Part shown: positions 13,611-27,593 of the stretch, one piece after another
Position numbering within the stretch: position 1 is the first letter of the stretch
Layout: the number at the start of each line of letters is the position of its first letter
Source: Octopus sinensis
Taxonomy: Eukaryota
Length of the DNA stretch: 64,000 nt
Assembly: GCF_006345805.1 (NCBI RefSeq)
Contig: NC_043006.1
Span: 53,816,001-53,880,000, forward strand
Reading direction: 5' to 3'
The notes under the pieces: model-generated
Databases searched by the model: none
What the model was told of the DNA's origin: nothing
What the model saw: only the letters and a program-made list of their open reading frames with translations
Program-made: the position numbers and the translations under genes

Positions 13611-14346
13611 ATTTACAATTTTTTTTCTACATAGTTGGTAGCTGAAAGAATTTGCAAAATGTCAGAAAAAGTACTTTCTTATTTCTTTATTGCCCACAAG
13701 GGCCTAAACAGGGGACAAACAAGGACAGACTAACTGATTAAGTCGATTACATCAACCCCAGTGCATAACTGTTACTTAATTTATCGACCCCGGAAGGATG
13801 AAAGGCAACGTCGACCTCGGCGGAATTTGAACTTAGAACGTAACAGCAGACGAAATACTGCTAAGCATTTTGCCCAGTGTGCTAATGTTTCTGACGGCTT
13901 TCTGGTATATGGTTATGTCACTTTCTGAATTAAAATCCTACCTATGTCTGCTTCACTTTCTGAAATATGTTGATGTTATTGACTAAACCCTGGAATACGA
14001 TATTCTGGCATGACCAGTGTCCAATGACTGGAACAAGTAGAAACATACCCCAGCTTTGGTTACCGGCTATCTCCAGCCTATAGATTTTTCTTGCTGCACC
14101 TCTACTCCAGTTACCATCTTTCTGCATCCCATCAGCACATGAATTTCAAAATAACTGAAAACCCTCTTTAGTGATCGCTCTGCCATCAAGAAATAACCGC
14201 CAAACCTCCCTCAAATCACACCTAACCATCTTAGAAAATGACAAATTGGATAATGTAATCCTTAAAAAAAAACGTAGAATGGTTCATGTCTCTTGATCAA
14301 TTTGAGCTGACCTGGGTTTAGATTACAACTGTTCCAGTTATCATTA

Positions 14347-15879
14347 CAGCCGTCCTCAAAATTATTCATATCCTTGTTAATTTTTGTGATGAAATGAAAG
14401 CATTTTGTCAAGTTTGTTTATGAGTTATATGTGATTAACAAGTGAACGACTAACAATACACAATTCAAGAAATTCTTCATTTCAGGGGTATTTTATTCAT
14501 GGATTTTCAAAAAATGCCATGTTCAAAATTATTCATACCCTAGGTTTACTGGGTCCAATATCTTTCTTTAATAGTCAATATCATAGCCTTTGTTTTTTAT
14601 GACTGCTTCTAGACGATTCTTGTATGTGTACACAAGCTTCCTGCATATCTCCTGTGGGATGTTCACTCACTCTGCCTTGGCGAAAGCTTCAAGCTGGGTC
14701 AGGCTGGTTGGTTTCCTAGTCATCACTCTGGTCTTCAAGTCTCGCCACAAGTTCTCAATCAGATTCAAGTTAGTACTCTGACTTAGCCATTCTAGGACAT
14801 TGACATCATTGTCCTTGAACCATTTCTTCACTACTTTGGTGCTATGTTTTGGATCATTGTCCTGCTGGTACTTCCAGTTGCAGCCGAGTTGGAGTTTCTC
14901 TGCAGATTCCTTCACATTTTCATCAAGGATCCTGATATAATCCTCCTTTCTCATGATTCCTTGGACCTTGACATGGTTCCCTGTACCACTGAAAGAGAAG
15001 CATTCCCATAACATTATGTTTTCACCACCATATTTGATGGTGGGCACAGTGTTCTTGGCTTGTATGCTTCTCCTTTCTTCCTCTAGATGTATTCAGCATC
15101 CATATGGCCAAATAACTCCAACTTCATCTTATCAGACCATAGGCTGGTTGGCCAAAAGCTGGGATCTTGCTTCAGATGACTTCTAGCAAAGGCCAGGTGG
15201 GCCTCCAGATGTTTTATCCTGAGCAGTGACGTCTCCGAAGCCTATGTCCATGGAGACCTCCTCTGTGCAAGACTCACTCAGTGGTGGAGTGACGCCATCA
15301 TCCCTACCTGGTCAAGCATTTCAATTAAGGCCTTGCTTGTGGTCTAGGCATTGTTGTTGACCGCTCGGCAGATTTTCCTGGCAAGTTTGGGAGACACCTT
15401 ATGCTTCCTGCCACGCCCACTGAGGTTTTTAACAGTGTTGAACCTCTTGCACTTGTTGATTATGCTCTGGATGGTTGCCACAGGGACATCATACTGCTTT
15501 GAAATGGCCTTGTAATCCTTTTGTTCACTGTGGCCGCACACAAGACATTGACGTAGGTCCTCACTGAGCTCTTTCTTCTTGGCCATGATGATCAGAAATT
15601 GAGAATGACCAGAACACTTTTCCTCTATTTGCACTCTTCTAAAAATAACTCTAGGACAAAGGTTAGCATATTCACAGAAAGTGAAAACAGGTGTATGAAT
15701 AATTCAGAACATGTGCAAAAAAGAACTTTAGGCCATATCTATTATTATGCAAATGATGTTTAGCCAACTCATATGTGGATTTATGCATAGCAACAAGTAG
15801 ACAAATACCTTTTACAAATGAAGAATCTAAAAAAAGAATGTTAGTTTCCATGGGGTATGAATAATTTTGAGGATGACTG
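14347..15879 (-). mobile_element. Full-length defective Tc1-family transposon (DD34E, IR-DR type)
   Basis: TA|cagccgtcctcaaaattattcata ... tatgaataattttgaggatgactg|TA, with inner repeats at ~14520 and ~15690. Broken transposase 15586->14568: MAKKKELSEDLR..GRGRK, QQDNDPKH..34 aa..IENLW, ..KGYDIDY*. Confidence 0.92.
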
Positions 15880-16675
15880 TAACTACACACCTTCAGAGCC
15901 TTCTTCCACCACCTTCATTAGCCATCAATCTATGGATACTTACTCAAGTTTCAATCCTAATCTATAACCAATTCACAGTCACTTGCATGACCCTATCTCT
16001 ACCCTAGATCTTGTAGGACCTCTGTTGGTCAATATTGACCTTATATCTACATATGGGACATATGAGACTAACCTAGCCAAATAAATACCAAACTTTTAAA
16101 ATGTCTCAAGGTGTTGCACCAGCTTAGCTGCAGTCTGATGATTGAAACAAGTAAAAGATAAAAGATATGTATACGTAGCCTGAGAAATATTTGCTTCAAG
16201 AAGATAGGCCATATATGCCCATATTTGCAAGTCTTCCCTTTTTGCACCACTGATGTATTTTTCCAAGGAAAAGGCCACTGACTTAGGCCAATATAGCTTA
16301 GCACCAGTGTGTCATTGTTATCAACACTGTCAGAATGTGAAGAACTGGAACAAATACAAGGTATGTTGCAGGGCCCTCAAGTAATTCTGCCAATCCCCTG
16401 TCCTTGGCTGGTATTTATTGTATTGGCTCTGAAAAGCAAAGTTGATCTCTGCAGAATTTAAGTTTGAAATATAAAGACAAACAGAATGCTGCTTTTTGTC
16501 CAGTACAAGCTCGCTGCCCTATGCACCAGATTAATAATGACAGTTTAATGAATTATTCAGTATTTTTAAAAACTAACTGAAATAAAGGTAGTATATTTCA
16601 ACAGAAATATGGTAACAAAAGGGTTCATGCAGGTTCAGGAAGGATAAAAGATGGGCTTCAACTATTTTAGGTTAA

Positions 16676-16896
16676 CCCTTTAGTGTTCGCATTATTCTGC
16701 CAAAATTAATCCTTTTTTATCCACATTACCTCGAACTAATCAGGCATTATCTTGGAGCTATGAGATTTTGATGAGGTAGCAGTTAATTTTTAAAACGATA
16801 TTGTAGGGTTGGTGCGAGAGACAAGATCTGGCCAGTTTGAACATAAAACAGGCAGAATACTTTTGGCCGGATATGGCCGGTTTAAATGCTAAAGGG
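16676..16896. mobile_element. piggyBac-like MITE
   Basis: TTAA|cccttt...aaaggg|TTAA. Related copies at ~7828-8250 (split), 30980-31190 and 63212-63428. Confidence 0.75.
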
Positions 16897-16944
16897 TTAA
16901 CAGAGAACATTATAGTAAGACAGAGAGGAAACTACAAGTTTGTG

Positions 16945-17200
16945 GGTACTATTTAAGAAGAGTGGTCCCGGTGCACGTACTCGCGCATCCGCGCTAGTTA
17001 GTTGTGTCTAGTCGATCCTACAACGACTACCTAGCAAAGTAAATAAAACACAAAATAAATAATTTTTTTAAACAAAGTAAATAATTTTTTTGAATAAAGT
17101 TAATAAAATACAAAAACACAAAGTAAGGATCAACTAGTCATGACTAGCTAGCACGGATGCGCAAGTGCTCGCACCGGGACCACTGTTCTTAAGTAGTGCC
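16945..17200. mobile_element. MULE-type MITE with 9-bp TSD
   Basis: TIRs ggtactatttaagaagagtggtcccggtgc / gcaccgggaccactgttcttaagtagtgcc. TSD aagtttgtg at 16936-16944 and 17201-17209. Confidence 0.85.
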
Positions 17201-17435
17201 AAGTTTGTGAATTAGTCATTGTTGTGTGAATAATGAGTGAATCATTGTCAATCAGTTAAATGGTATTCTTTTGACGTGGTCTAGGATGTTTGAATGTGTA
17301 GCAGCAAATATGAGCATGTACTATATATCTGTTGAAAAAAAGATTAGATGGTCATTGCTGAAAAGGGCATTCCACACACACACATATAGCAGAGATTTGA
17401 AAGAGTTAAATATCAAACCCCTCAAAAGGAGTTAA

Positions 17436-17647
17436 CCCTTTCAGTACCAACCCGGCTGAAATCGGCTCTGGCTCTGAGTACAAATGTCTTGTTTTCATAA
17501 GTTTTGAATTAAAATCTTACACCAAACCTTAGTCACAATTTATGTTCCTAACACTAGCTGAATGATATTTTACTAAATTCTTTGTTATATTTAAAATTAA
17601 TTAAAAGAAACACAGAGCATCTTAAAATAAATACGGTAACGAAAGGG
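17436..17647. mobile_element. piggyBac-like MITE (second family)
   Basis: TTAA|ccctttcagtacc...ggtaacgaaaggg|TTAA. Confidence 0.7.
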
Positions 17648-19150
17648 TTAAACTTATTAACTACTAAATTATTAGTTCAAACATAACTACTACTATTATT
17701 GTTGTGTAGTGTGTGTGTAACATTGATCCCACTAGAAAACAAAAGCCAACACCTGAACTAGGGGCACCACTGAAAGATAGATGTAAACTCACACAGAGAG
17801 GAGAAAAACAGTTACCTTTTAACCCAAGGTCAGACTTATCGAGTAGACATTTGATCAGAAGGTGCTCCACCTCACTTTTTTTGTATGTCAGAGACTAGAT
17901 TATTGAGTATGTCCCTTTCCCTGCTTAAAGTTATAGAATATGATTTGCGAGAGATTTGATTTCTCTTCCTAACTAGTCTTGCAATCATGATGGTGATTCC
18001 TCATTGACTGTTAGAGGTGGATATGGAAATAATAGTTCCATAGGGTGGTTGACGAGGTCAGGAGGTCACCTGTATGGAGTGCTATATGTTGGTTTTATTT
18101 TAAAAGGAAATCACACTTTACAGAACAAGAATATATGTGAGAGACAGAGATTTAACTGTGTCACCATAACTCCATAGTGTATAAATGACTAGGTTCTAAA
18201 AATTAGACAAGTGGCTTGATACATACATTTTGTCACTATGGGTCACCATACAACTGACTTCTGAGATGCCAGATTCTAATGATTGATTGTCTAGTTGTTC
18301 TTGGAGCTCCGATGGACAGGGGTGGGAATGGGCTTGTACAAATGTGAAATTATCTTGTATTATTATTAGTAATGTTGTGTCACTGAAGACTTGATCTTTG
18401 GAGCCATCTGAACTACATTCCTGGCTATAATGTGTATTAATTCTCCTCCAAGTCTTACTTGAACCTGAGTTAGACCTGACGGGATAGACATCATGGAAGC
18501 ATGGGATGTGGAGGGAGGGTATACTGGACTGTTGATAAGGTTGTTATTGTTGAACTGTAGGTCAACATTACTTGATGAGATCCAGTGGGGGCAGGATTTT
18601 TTGCGGGGTGTTGGCCTAAAAGTTTTTTAAAAAATACTATATCAGGTGGGAATTGCAATTCAAAACAAATGGACCCATTTTTATGTATTCTAACTTTGTT
18701 GTGGCAGACCATATGCATATGAAACAGTAATGCTGTGAAACTGCTGGAAATAAAATAACAATGTTATTATACTTGCAACAGTACCTATGGAAAGTAGTAG
18801 CAAACTAGACTTGTGTACCATAACTTAGTTACAGGGTCGCTTTATAATCCAAGTTGATAAAAACAACCAAGCCATTTTTTTTCAAAATTTAAGCCTTAGT
18901 GCTGATTTTTCTGGTGTCAGCTCGGTTAGAAAGAGTGTTGCCTGGGCAACCTGGACAACACCCCTGCATCCGCCACTGAGATCTACATTATAGTGTTATC
19001 TGAGGGAGATTTGGCTGCTATTTCTAACTGGTTGAGCAACCACACAGAGGCTTCTTCATTGGCTTGACTGTTGTTATTGAAAAGGTTCTGGTGTTGAGAT
19101 GTTATGGAAAAGGTTCTGATGTTATACTGATGATGATATTTTCCTTACAG

Positions 19151-19274
19151 CTTATTGCACTGCTCTGGCACTGGGTAAATGTGATACTAAAGAGCCCAAA
19201 GATATTTTGAAAAGACTGAAAGAAATGACAAAGGTGCCTCCAAAATTCGATCTCTCTGATATGGAACTGTTGCT
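19151..19274 (+). CDS. Exon 2 (phase 1->2): (A)YCTALALGKCDTKEPKDILKRLKEMTKVPPKFDLSDMELL(L)
   Basis: Acceptor ttttccttacag|, donor |gtaagt; 124 nt open. Confidence 0.88.
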
Positions 19275-21491
19275 GTAAGTATGTTGACTCCTTTATGTAT
19301 TCCTAGAATATGTATATATGTATATGTTTTTAGATGAAATATTCATTTAAATATATTTTCTATAATTAAGGTGTATATCTAATAAATATTGAACTATACT
19401 AGTTTATTCCCATGTGGCATTGTTTTAAGATGATTGAAAACTTATAGCTTAAGTGATATGCTATTCTGTTTGTTTATGTTTGGTTTGTTTTAGCTGTTTT
19501 CATGCTTGAAATATGTTATAGATTGTAGGGTAGCCATGTCTATTGCTGTATGTTTGTAACTATGTTTCATAATTTTTTGTTTGGCGTGTTTAGTTTGCTA
19601 GTTCATTTTTAAGTTCTGTAATTCTTGAGATGTTTATATCCATTTTGAAGTTACTTCTCTGTTTCCAATGAAGTATTTTTTAAATTTCTCTCCTTCATAA
19701 CTATATGTTTGAAACAATTTATGTTTGCGATTGGATGTAACAATAGGCAAGTGTAGATGTAATGGACATATTGCGCCAATGTTTCACTCCTGCTTCTTAT
19801 CTGTAAATTCCCAGGTAGCATTTGTGTTTTTAGCACTGTTAACAGCACCAGATAGAGTGGTATTGCCTAAGCATCAAAACTATAATGATATCCGTTTGGT
19901 AGTTGATGATGGGTTTATATCTTTGATGTGCTTGTTGACTGTGACTCTTTTGTATCTTGTTCTCATGGTTCTAATCGTCCTTCTTTGAAATTCTAATTCT
20001 CATAAGGCTAAACTTCTTTTGGATTTCTTATTTTATGGTAGTTTTGTTTATATTATACCATGATAAAAAAATGATTGTCCTTCACAAGGGTTCTAGTTCT
20101 GCTAAGGGTGATACTTGTTTAAGGGTTTCTAGTTCATAGACATTATGTTGCTTGTGCACGCGTACACACACACATACACACAAACTTAATACCAGTTCAT
20201 GTATGTTTGGGAGATAATTAGAGTTGTAAAAGTTTTTCACTGTGGTTTGTTGTGGTGCAAAAATTCTCGCTTGAGACTAAAAGGTGATAAAATAACATAG
20301 TTAGCATAGAGTCCTCTCTACTGCACTAATGGATGCATTTCAACCTTGTTAATTCTCATCAGCATCAGATACCAAGAGAAGCAACTATAAGCTGATTAGA
20401 AAGCTTTGCTTCCTTTATCATAACTCATTAAATATTATTGATTGATTGCACATTTTGGCTGCCAGGCCAGGCCAGAACAGATATGTGAGTCATCGTCATC
20501 ATCATCATCGTTTAATGTCCACCTTCCATGCTGGCATGGGTGGGACAGTTTGACAGGAGCCGGCCAGGCAGAAGCCTGCACCAGACTTCTGTGACTGTTT
20601 TGGCAGGATTTTTACAGCTGAATGCCTTTATACACACCAACCACTTTACAGTGTAAACTGGATGCTTTTTAAGTGGCACCTGCACTGACAGGGTCACCAA
20701 GTAACTTGCAAGACAAAAATCTTTTGAGAGGGGAGGGGGGCATTGGAGGAGGTGATCTTATGTCAGATGGTGAAAGGTGAAACAGTGACAGAAAGTATAC
20801 AAACTTAAGACCAGTTCAGATATGTTCTCAGTAACAAACTGTTCAAATATCTTTCAATAAATTCCATCAGAGAGAATTCCTTGAGGAGGATTTTCTAAAG
20901 CTAGATGTCCAGACATGTTTTCATTGAAGATTGGAAATGAGTTACACCATTTGTATGACAGTGACACCCACTTATAATTATCATGTAATATCAAACCAAG
21001 GAAAGACAAACCTGCATGCACAATGGGCTTCTTTCAGTATCTGTTTACCAAATCCATGCATAAGGCTATGGTTGGTCCAGAGATATACTAGACTACAGTT
21101 ACCCGAGGTACCAATCAGTGACACTGAACCCCAAACCAAGTGAACTTCTCTACCACTCAGCTTTCATATATTTATATACATAATTTTACATACAGTTCGC
21201 AATGTGGGACTCTCTCTCCAGGTGGTGCCAGGTTCTTTTGGCTGCTGCTGTAACATGTTATTTTCCTCTGTCATCCATGCATCTACCACAACAAACCGAC
21301 TGCAGTTGTAACCACTCAAAATATGTAACAACTCTTTTGTTATTCTACTTACTAAGGATGTGTTTCTCTACTCTCAGCTTTGACCTTTCCCTCTCATATT
21401 TTAAAATTTGAGTTCATGATCATGTGTCATTGTCATATAATCTAAGTTATTTTCTGCATTATTTTTCATTTTTATTTTCATTTTATTTCAG

Positions 21492-21601
21492 TGACAATCC
21501 GTTTTATCGAGACCTTCTGGAATGTCCACTAAGTGAAGCCAAGCCTCTCTACAAGTCATATGAGGAAGCTATGAAAAATGCTCTTCAACATTATGAAAAT
21601 G
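21492..21601 (+). CDS. Exon 3 (phase 2->1): DNPFYRDLLECPLSEAKPLYKSYEEAMKNALQHYEN
   Basis: Acceptor ttttatttcag|, donor |gtaaat; 110 nt; frame matches both neighbours. Confidence 0.88.
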
Positions 21602-22154
21602 GTAAATATTACAGGTTTTATTTATCTATATCTTTAATTTTTCTTTTCTTTTTTTTTTTTACTTTCTTATTAATACTGATAGTTTTGTCAGCAGCAATCT
21701 CTCTCTCTCTTTCTCACCCCCCCTTCCCACACACACACAACTGCATGGGGAATTCAGACTGAGAACAGGGAAAGCATTACCTGTCTTTCTTCCTTTGCTA
21801 CAGCTACTTCAAACATACATGCTCAAGATACGAAAAAATCAGACTGGTAGAGTTGGGAGACAAAGGAAAGTATCTCAATCCCTTATCAAACATCTGGAAA
21901 AAAAGATAATTTATCTCTCTGCATTTCAAAAAACAAAAAACACATATGTATTTTTCATGCTACCTGAAAGAGAAATTGTTGACGGTACAAGCCAATGTGT
22001 CAAATAAAATATTCTTTGATATATGAGTACCACTCAAACATGGTACATTTGAGCATTGTAGAAGGTCACAAATTGTTCAAAGCTTAAAATATTTTCTGAT
22101 TCTGAGATAACCTAGCTTTAGGAATTCAATTTTCTAAACTCTTTTATGTATTTC

Positions 22155-22168
22155 ATGGATGCTAACAC

Positions 22169-22230
<62 letters not shown>
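22155..22230. repeat. (TA)n microsatellite
   Basis: Directly visible. Similar tracts at 23535-23576, 36511-36570, 47765-47822, 52318-52378, 58500-58565, 60368-60410 and 60870-60945. Confidence 0.95.
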
Positions 22231-22232
<2 letters not shown>

Positions 22233-23531
22233 GTTTGTGTATATATCAAACTGCACTCTTGGCTCAAATATTCTTTAAGTTCCTTAAGAAGCATTTCCAC
22301 TTCTTAAATCATAATTATCACCTGAACTTTAATAAAAATAGTATCAAAGTTTTGTACTCTACTACCACAAACATTAACTATAATTTAACATAACATCTTT
22401 AAAGTTAGTAAGCATAACAAAATCCCATTGTTGCATGCAGCTGCTCTGATATCAACAATTATCCTTTATAATCTAATTATATGGTTATGGATATTGTATA
22501 CTAATGTTTAGTTATTACCACTAACAACAACTCTAAATCAAGGTTTTATTGACATACATTCTTTAAAAACCTGGATGGAAGCAAACAAACTTCTTTAACT
22601 TCATACAGGAAAATTCAGTACTATACTATCTTATTTAAGTTGTATACTGGAACTAAAGTATATTAGGGATTTAATAATCCCTTCTTGGTTTGCACCAAGA
22701 AGGGCTATCATATCCTTTTCGATAAAACGCCGTTATTCAACTATTATTCAAAAGAAATTCCTAATTATATTTATAGAATATTTAAGTTTGGTAGATGGAA
22801 ACTGTAGGAAGCTAGCCATATGTGTGTCTGTGTTTAAGAGTATGTACATGTTGGTATCCTACTTATTAGTGAGTGAATGAAATGGTGATTTGATATTAAC
22901 ATTCTTTGTTAACATTACAACTGGTACACTCTACTTTCGAAGATCTGCAAAATAAAAAATCCTTAACTTAAACAGTTATGGTTTCACATCAGGAAGAGCA
23001 TATGACCATAAAATCTTGTCTGAAATATGTCCCTGTCCAACCCATGCTAGCATAGAAAAACATGCATTAAATGGACAATGAATGTGTGTATCATCCATCA
23101 TCATTATACACACATTCGTTGTTCATTTAATGCATGTTTTTCTATGCTATATATGTGTGTGCCGGTGGCATTTAAAAGCACCCTTTGAGCGTGATCGTTA
23201 CCAGCGTCGCCTTACTGGCACTTGTGCTGGTGGCACGTGAACAAAACATTTGAGCGAGGTTGTTGCCAATGCCGCTGGACTGACTACTGTGCAGGTGGCA
23301 TGTAAAAAACACCATTTTGAGCCTGGCCATTGCCAGTACCACCAGACTGGCCCTCGTGCTGGTGGCACGTAAAAGCACCTACTACACTCTCGGAATGGTT
23401 GGCATTAGGAAGGGCATCCAGCTGTAGAAACTCTGCCAGATCAGATTGGAGCCTGGTGCAGCCATCTGGTTCGCCAGTCCTCAGTCCAATCCATGCTAGC
23501 ATGGAAAGCGGACATTAAATGATGATGATGA

Positions 23532-23580
<49 letters not shown>

Positions 23581-24188
23581 ACAAAATAAGGGCAAAAGAA
23601 AAATTCTAGTGCCAAATATGCCCAAAAAAAGACAGAATTGTCAATAACCATTATAATTTATGCGTCTCGAAACAAACCAATAGAAATTTCTAAAAAATCC
23701 GTTATAACCGTATTGGTCCAATTTTCCCCTCTTCAGCGATAAATACGTGAGATATAAGTGAAATACTTACTCAAGGAGCAAGTTTAACACCTCTAACAAA
23801 AGTTTTTACAGACATTGAATAAATCAATAAATTCATTGTCTATAAATATATTTAATTAAATCAGATTGTGATAGAATCATTTTGATAAAAGCTCAAATTA
23901 TATTAGAGCTCATAAGATCCCAGTAAGAATGGAAATTAAATTTTAATCCTCCCATCACTGTATTCATGCCTTCCTCTTTACCTTTTCAACTTAAACTTTT
24001 TAGCCCCAACATTTTTTTATATCAAGACCAGAGTTGGTGATCTTGCACTTTATCTGCTTATTCATCTTATCTCTGTATGCTATTAAATATCTCTTTGAGA
24101 AACCTTTATGTTGTTCCTTTTTAAGTGTTTACTATGTGTTCCAAAGGTAACTGAAAATTCTTTCATGTCATACCAATCTTTCTTTCAG

Positions 24189-24288
24189 AATGCCCAAATT
24201 TCTCAACTAAAATGAAAGAAATTCAAATCTGTCGTACAAAATTAGTTCCTACCAAATTATTTACCAATGGCATAGAAGAATTTTGTAG
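24189..24288 (+). CDS. Exon 4 (phase 1->2): (E)CPNFSTKMKEIQICRTKLVPTKLFTNGIEEFC(S)
   Basis: Acceptor tctttctttcag|, donor ag|gtaagt; 100 nt. Confidence 0.9.
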
Positions 24289-24329
24289 GTAAGTAATAAG
24301 ATTTTTCAGTCTCATCTAACCAACTCAGT

Positions 24330-24840
24330 TTGTTGCTAACCAACAACCAAACAATTGGTTTTCTCTAAAACAGTAAATACCAAGACTATTAGGCTAGTAC
24401 TTTATTCAGTTGATCATCAGAAAGTGTAAAACCAACTAATTACAGTGCCAGTTAAATATTATCGTTTTACATCAGTTTTTCCAGCCACATAAAAAGCACT
24501 TGTTTTGGTGTCACTTAAAGAGCAACTGTGCAGGCCCACATGAAAAGCAGCCATTCCAGTGCCTCATAAAAGGCTCATACTACAAATAGTTTAGAAGCCT
24601 ACCATGATGCACTGAAAAACACAGTGAGTGTTAGTCATCCAAATATCTTGAAACTTATCGATGTGATTAAATATGAGGAAAGGTTTGCCAGTACCAAACT
24701 GCAGAAGTTTATGCAAGAAGAACCAAGCCAAAAAAAAAAGTACAGAGATATGAACATACATATAAAAAATTTCATGGAAAAATATAATCCAAGCCAAAAA
24801 ATTTTTCTAAAAGCAATTACACACAATCTTAAATTTTAAG
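24330..24840 (+). mobile_element. MULE (Mutator-like) transposase C-terminal fragment
   Basis: NSLEAYHDALKNTVSVSHPNILKLIDVIKYEE...KKKYRDMN..I.....Y....FLKAITHNL resembles the RTNN.LE.WH...HPNI C-terminal region of MULE transposases. Degraded upstream. Confidence 0.65.
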
Positions 24841-25317
24841 AAAAAATGAATATGTAATACAACAAACCTAAAAATAAACGTTTTTTTGTTTTTTTTATTC
24901 AGATAGCCATTCTTCCATTTTTCTATCTCAGTGGGGAAAAAATTAAACTATGACAAATTGACTGGACACCATCTCTTTCTCTCTCATCTGTATGACTGAA
25001 ACATTTATATTTTCTACTTCCGAGAAATAAGCTTTATTCTGCCCATGTCACCAATATTCCTAGTCAGCTTTCAACTTTCTGTTGTTTCTATAAATAACTG
25101 AATTTTTTCAATTCAAACTTTTTACTTTTTATGGTTTTGGCCAGAAGGAAGGGACTGTGCCTATCGCCATCTTAGGACCCTTCAATAAAAAGGTCAGATT
25201 GATGTGGCTGATGTTTAGCTTGAACTTCTTCAAATCAGCATCCGCGGAAGGAAATTATTAAAGGTTGACATACTTGGGAGGAAAGATTGGGGAAAGTGAT
25301 TAGTGTAGGGTCTAAAA

Positions 25318-25654
25318 CAGTGGTTCTCAACCGAGGTCCATATAGCCCCTGAGGGCCCATATAAGATTTTTGGGGGTCCACAAAACAAAATAGTAAATTG
25401 AGGATCTACAATTGTATTTTATAGGCTCCTAAAAAAATGCTGCTTAAATGTATATATTGGTATGTATTGCAAGAAACAGCTTGGTTTCTTTCTCTAACAT
25501 TCTACATAGTTCAACCTACACAAGTGACTGTGTAACAAACAAAATAGGAATTTTAAAAGAAGTTTCTATATAAACATTGAATGACTATGGGAGTCCACTA
25601 GAATAAAATAGTAATCTGAGGGGTCCATGGATAAAAAATGGTTGAGAACCCCTG
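25318..25654. mobile_element. hAT (Charlie-like) MITE with 8-bp TSD
   Basis: cagtggttctcaacc ... ggttgagaacccctg, with TSD gtctaaaa at 25310-25317 and 25655-25662. Related copy at 50704-51076. Confidence 0.85.
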
Positions 25655-26679
25655 GTCTAAAAGAAAAGGAACTCAGTTTATCTGATTGGTGAGCTTGAAA
25701 TGAGGTGACCATAACTGAGTAAGCTCTGAGGTGTAGAAGAGGCAAAATGAAGAAACTGATCTTCTGTTGGTTAGAATTTGGAGTATTAATGACTGACTCC
25801 ATGCCAATTAATCAAATAGCCTTTCTTTGGGTGTTGTTGACTGGAACATTTATATGTATAGCAAGTAACAGATATGGAAGCAGTATTCTACTATGAGTCT
25901 TCTTGAAGTTTTGTTGAGGATCAAACTATTGATTAGAATTGAAATATATTTTCTGGACTTCAAGAGGGAAGTTTGTGTGTGTGTAAAGTTTTAATCTTTT
26001 TAAATCTCTTCAGTTTGATAATTTTACTGCTAGTTTGGCAGTAGAAGTTTACTTAGTTGTTTTGGTTCTGTTGTTAATTGAACAAAGAAGTTTGGAAAGA
26101 CAGACATTGAAAACCCAAATAAACTTGATCAGTTCTTCATCTGAAACTGAATCTTTAACCACAACATAAACCCTTCACAAATCTATTTACACAACCAAGT
26201 CTCTTCACACAACCACAACATAAGCCCTTGAGTAAGTAACTTACATTTGTAGGATACCACCTAAAGCACTCTCCTCTACTAATGGAAGTTTTGGGGGCTT
26301 GTTCTTCCCCTTTCCAAAACACTATCAAGATGACCACCAGGAAACTAAAGGATACTTTTGTACACCTTACAACATGCTAACAATCCTATATAAGCACTTC
26401 TGGTCCATTGCTGAAGCAGTCTCCACCAATTTTGCTGGATCTTCCTACCCGCTACTTCTCTGCTGATTAAAAAAAAACTATATTTGCCTTATGCTTCATT
26501 TCTAACTGTACATGTCATGCATGTCACAAACTTTCTCCCAGCTGTCCCTTCTACACACTTCAAGTCTCAAAACTATTGGCACACAATCACAAAAGAAACT
26601 TTTAATTGCTCCTACCCAACAATGTAACCAGTTCCTTCTAAATTTTATGCTTGTAATAAATGTTGATATTTAATTCCAG

Positions 26680-26786
26680 CGAATATGATCATTGTGCACA
26701 AATTTACAACAATACATGTTCCGGATTGAAAAATCTTCCTCTAGGATACTTTTCGGGTGTTGCAGCAACTGAAGTATGTAAACTAG
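26680..26786 (+). CDS. Exon 5 (phase 2->1): EYDHCAQIYNNTCSGLKNLPLGYFSGVAATEVCKL
   Basis: Acceptor taattccag|, donor ag|gttagt; 107 nt; restores the frame between exons 4 and 6. Confidence 0.85.
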
Positions 26787-26936
26787 GTTAGTTTATATTT
26801 CTTGTGTTACTTATTTTATATATTAATTAATAAGAGGAGGGGATGGCTGTGACCATGACCATTACAGATCATCACAGATTTGTGACATTGACATGGCTAA
26901 TGCCTGGTATGAACATCTGCAGAAAAAAATATGAAC

Positions 26937-27108
26937 AGGCACAGGAGTGGCTGTGTGGTAAGTAGCTTGCTTACCAACCACATGGTTCCGGGTTCAGTCC
27001 CACTGCATGGCACCTTGGGCAAGTGTCTTCTACTATAGCCTCGGGCCGACCAAAGCCTTGTGAGTGGATTTTGTAGACAGAAACTGAAAGAAGCTCATCG
27101 TATATATG

Positions 27109-27139
<31 letters not shown>

Positions 27140-27360
27140 GTGTGTGTGTGTTTGTGTGTCTGCGTTTGTCCCCCTAACATCGCTTAACAACCGATGGTGG
27201 TGTGTTTATGTCCCCGTAACTTAGTGGTTCAGCAAAAGAGACCAATAGAATAAGTACTAGGGTTACAAAGAATAAGCTCTGGGATTGATTTGCTCAACTA
27301 AAGGTGGTGCTCCAGCATGGCTGCAGTCACATGACTGAAACAAGTAAAAGAGAGTAAAGA
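26937..27360 (+). mobile_element. SINE family A, near full length
   Basis: Head, central (TA)(TG) tract and tail all present. Confidence 0.85.
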
Positions 27361-27490
27361 GAGGAAATGAAGCATGGATGCTTACAACAAGGAGCTCTGC
27401 TAAATACATAAAGAGTTATAAATAAGTGAAAAAGATAAAGTAGATTGCATCACTATTATCTTTGATGTTTTTCTTTTTTTTTTTTTTCAG

Positions 27491-27593
27491 AATGTAAAAC
27501 CAAAGGTGAACTACTGAATCAGATGAGCAACTGTTGGGGCTTTTTGCAAGCTCTTACTAGTAATACAAAGCTTAGTACTACTGATAAAAGTCG
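27491..27593 (+). CDS. Exon 6 (phase 1->2): (E)CKTKGELLNQMSNCWGFLQALTSNTKLSTTDKS(R)
   Basis: Long T tract + cag| acceptor, donor |gtaagt; 103 nt. Confidence 0.9.

Noticed and set aside
18050-18480. Possible LINE endonuclease relic on the minus strand (also old coding-like tracts at ~10400-10800, 19640-19990 and 25760-26330)
   Set aside because: Too degraded to assign a family from motifs by eye.
23700-23750. CUGAAGA-GGGG on the minus strand in a TA-flanked fragment
   Set aside because: No GAAA core follows at a workable distance; at most a decayed half motif.
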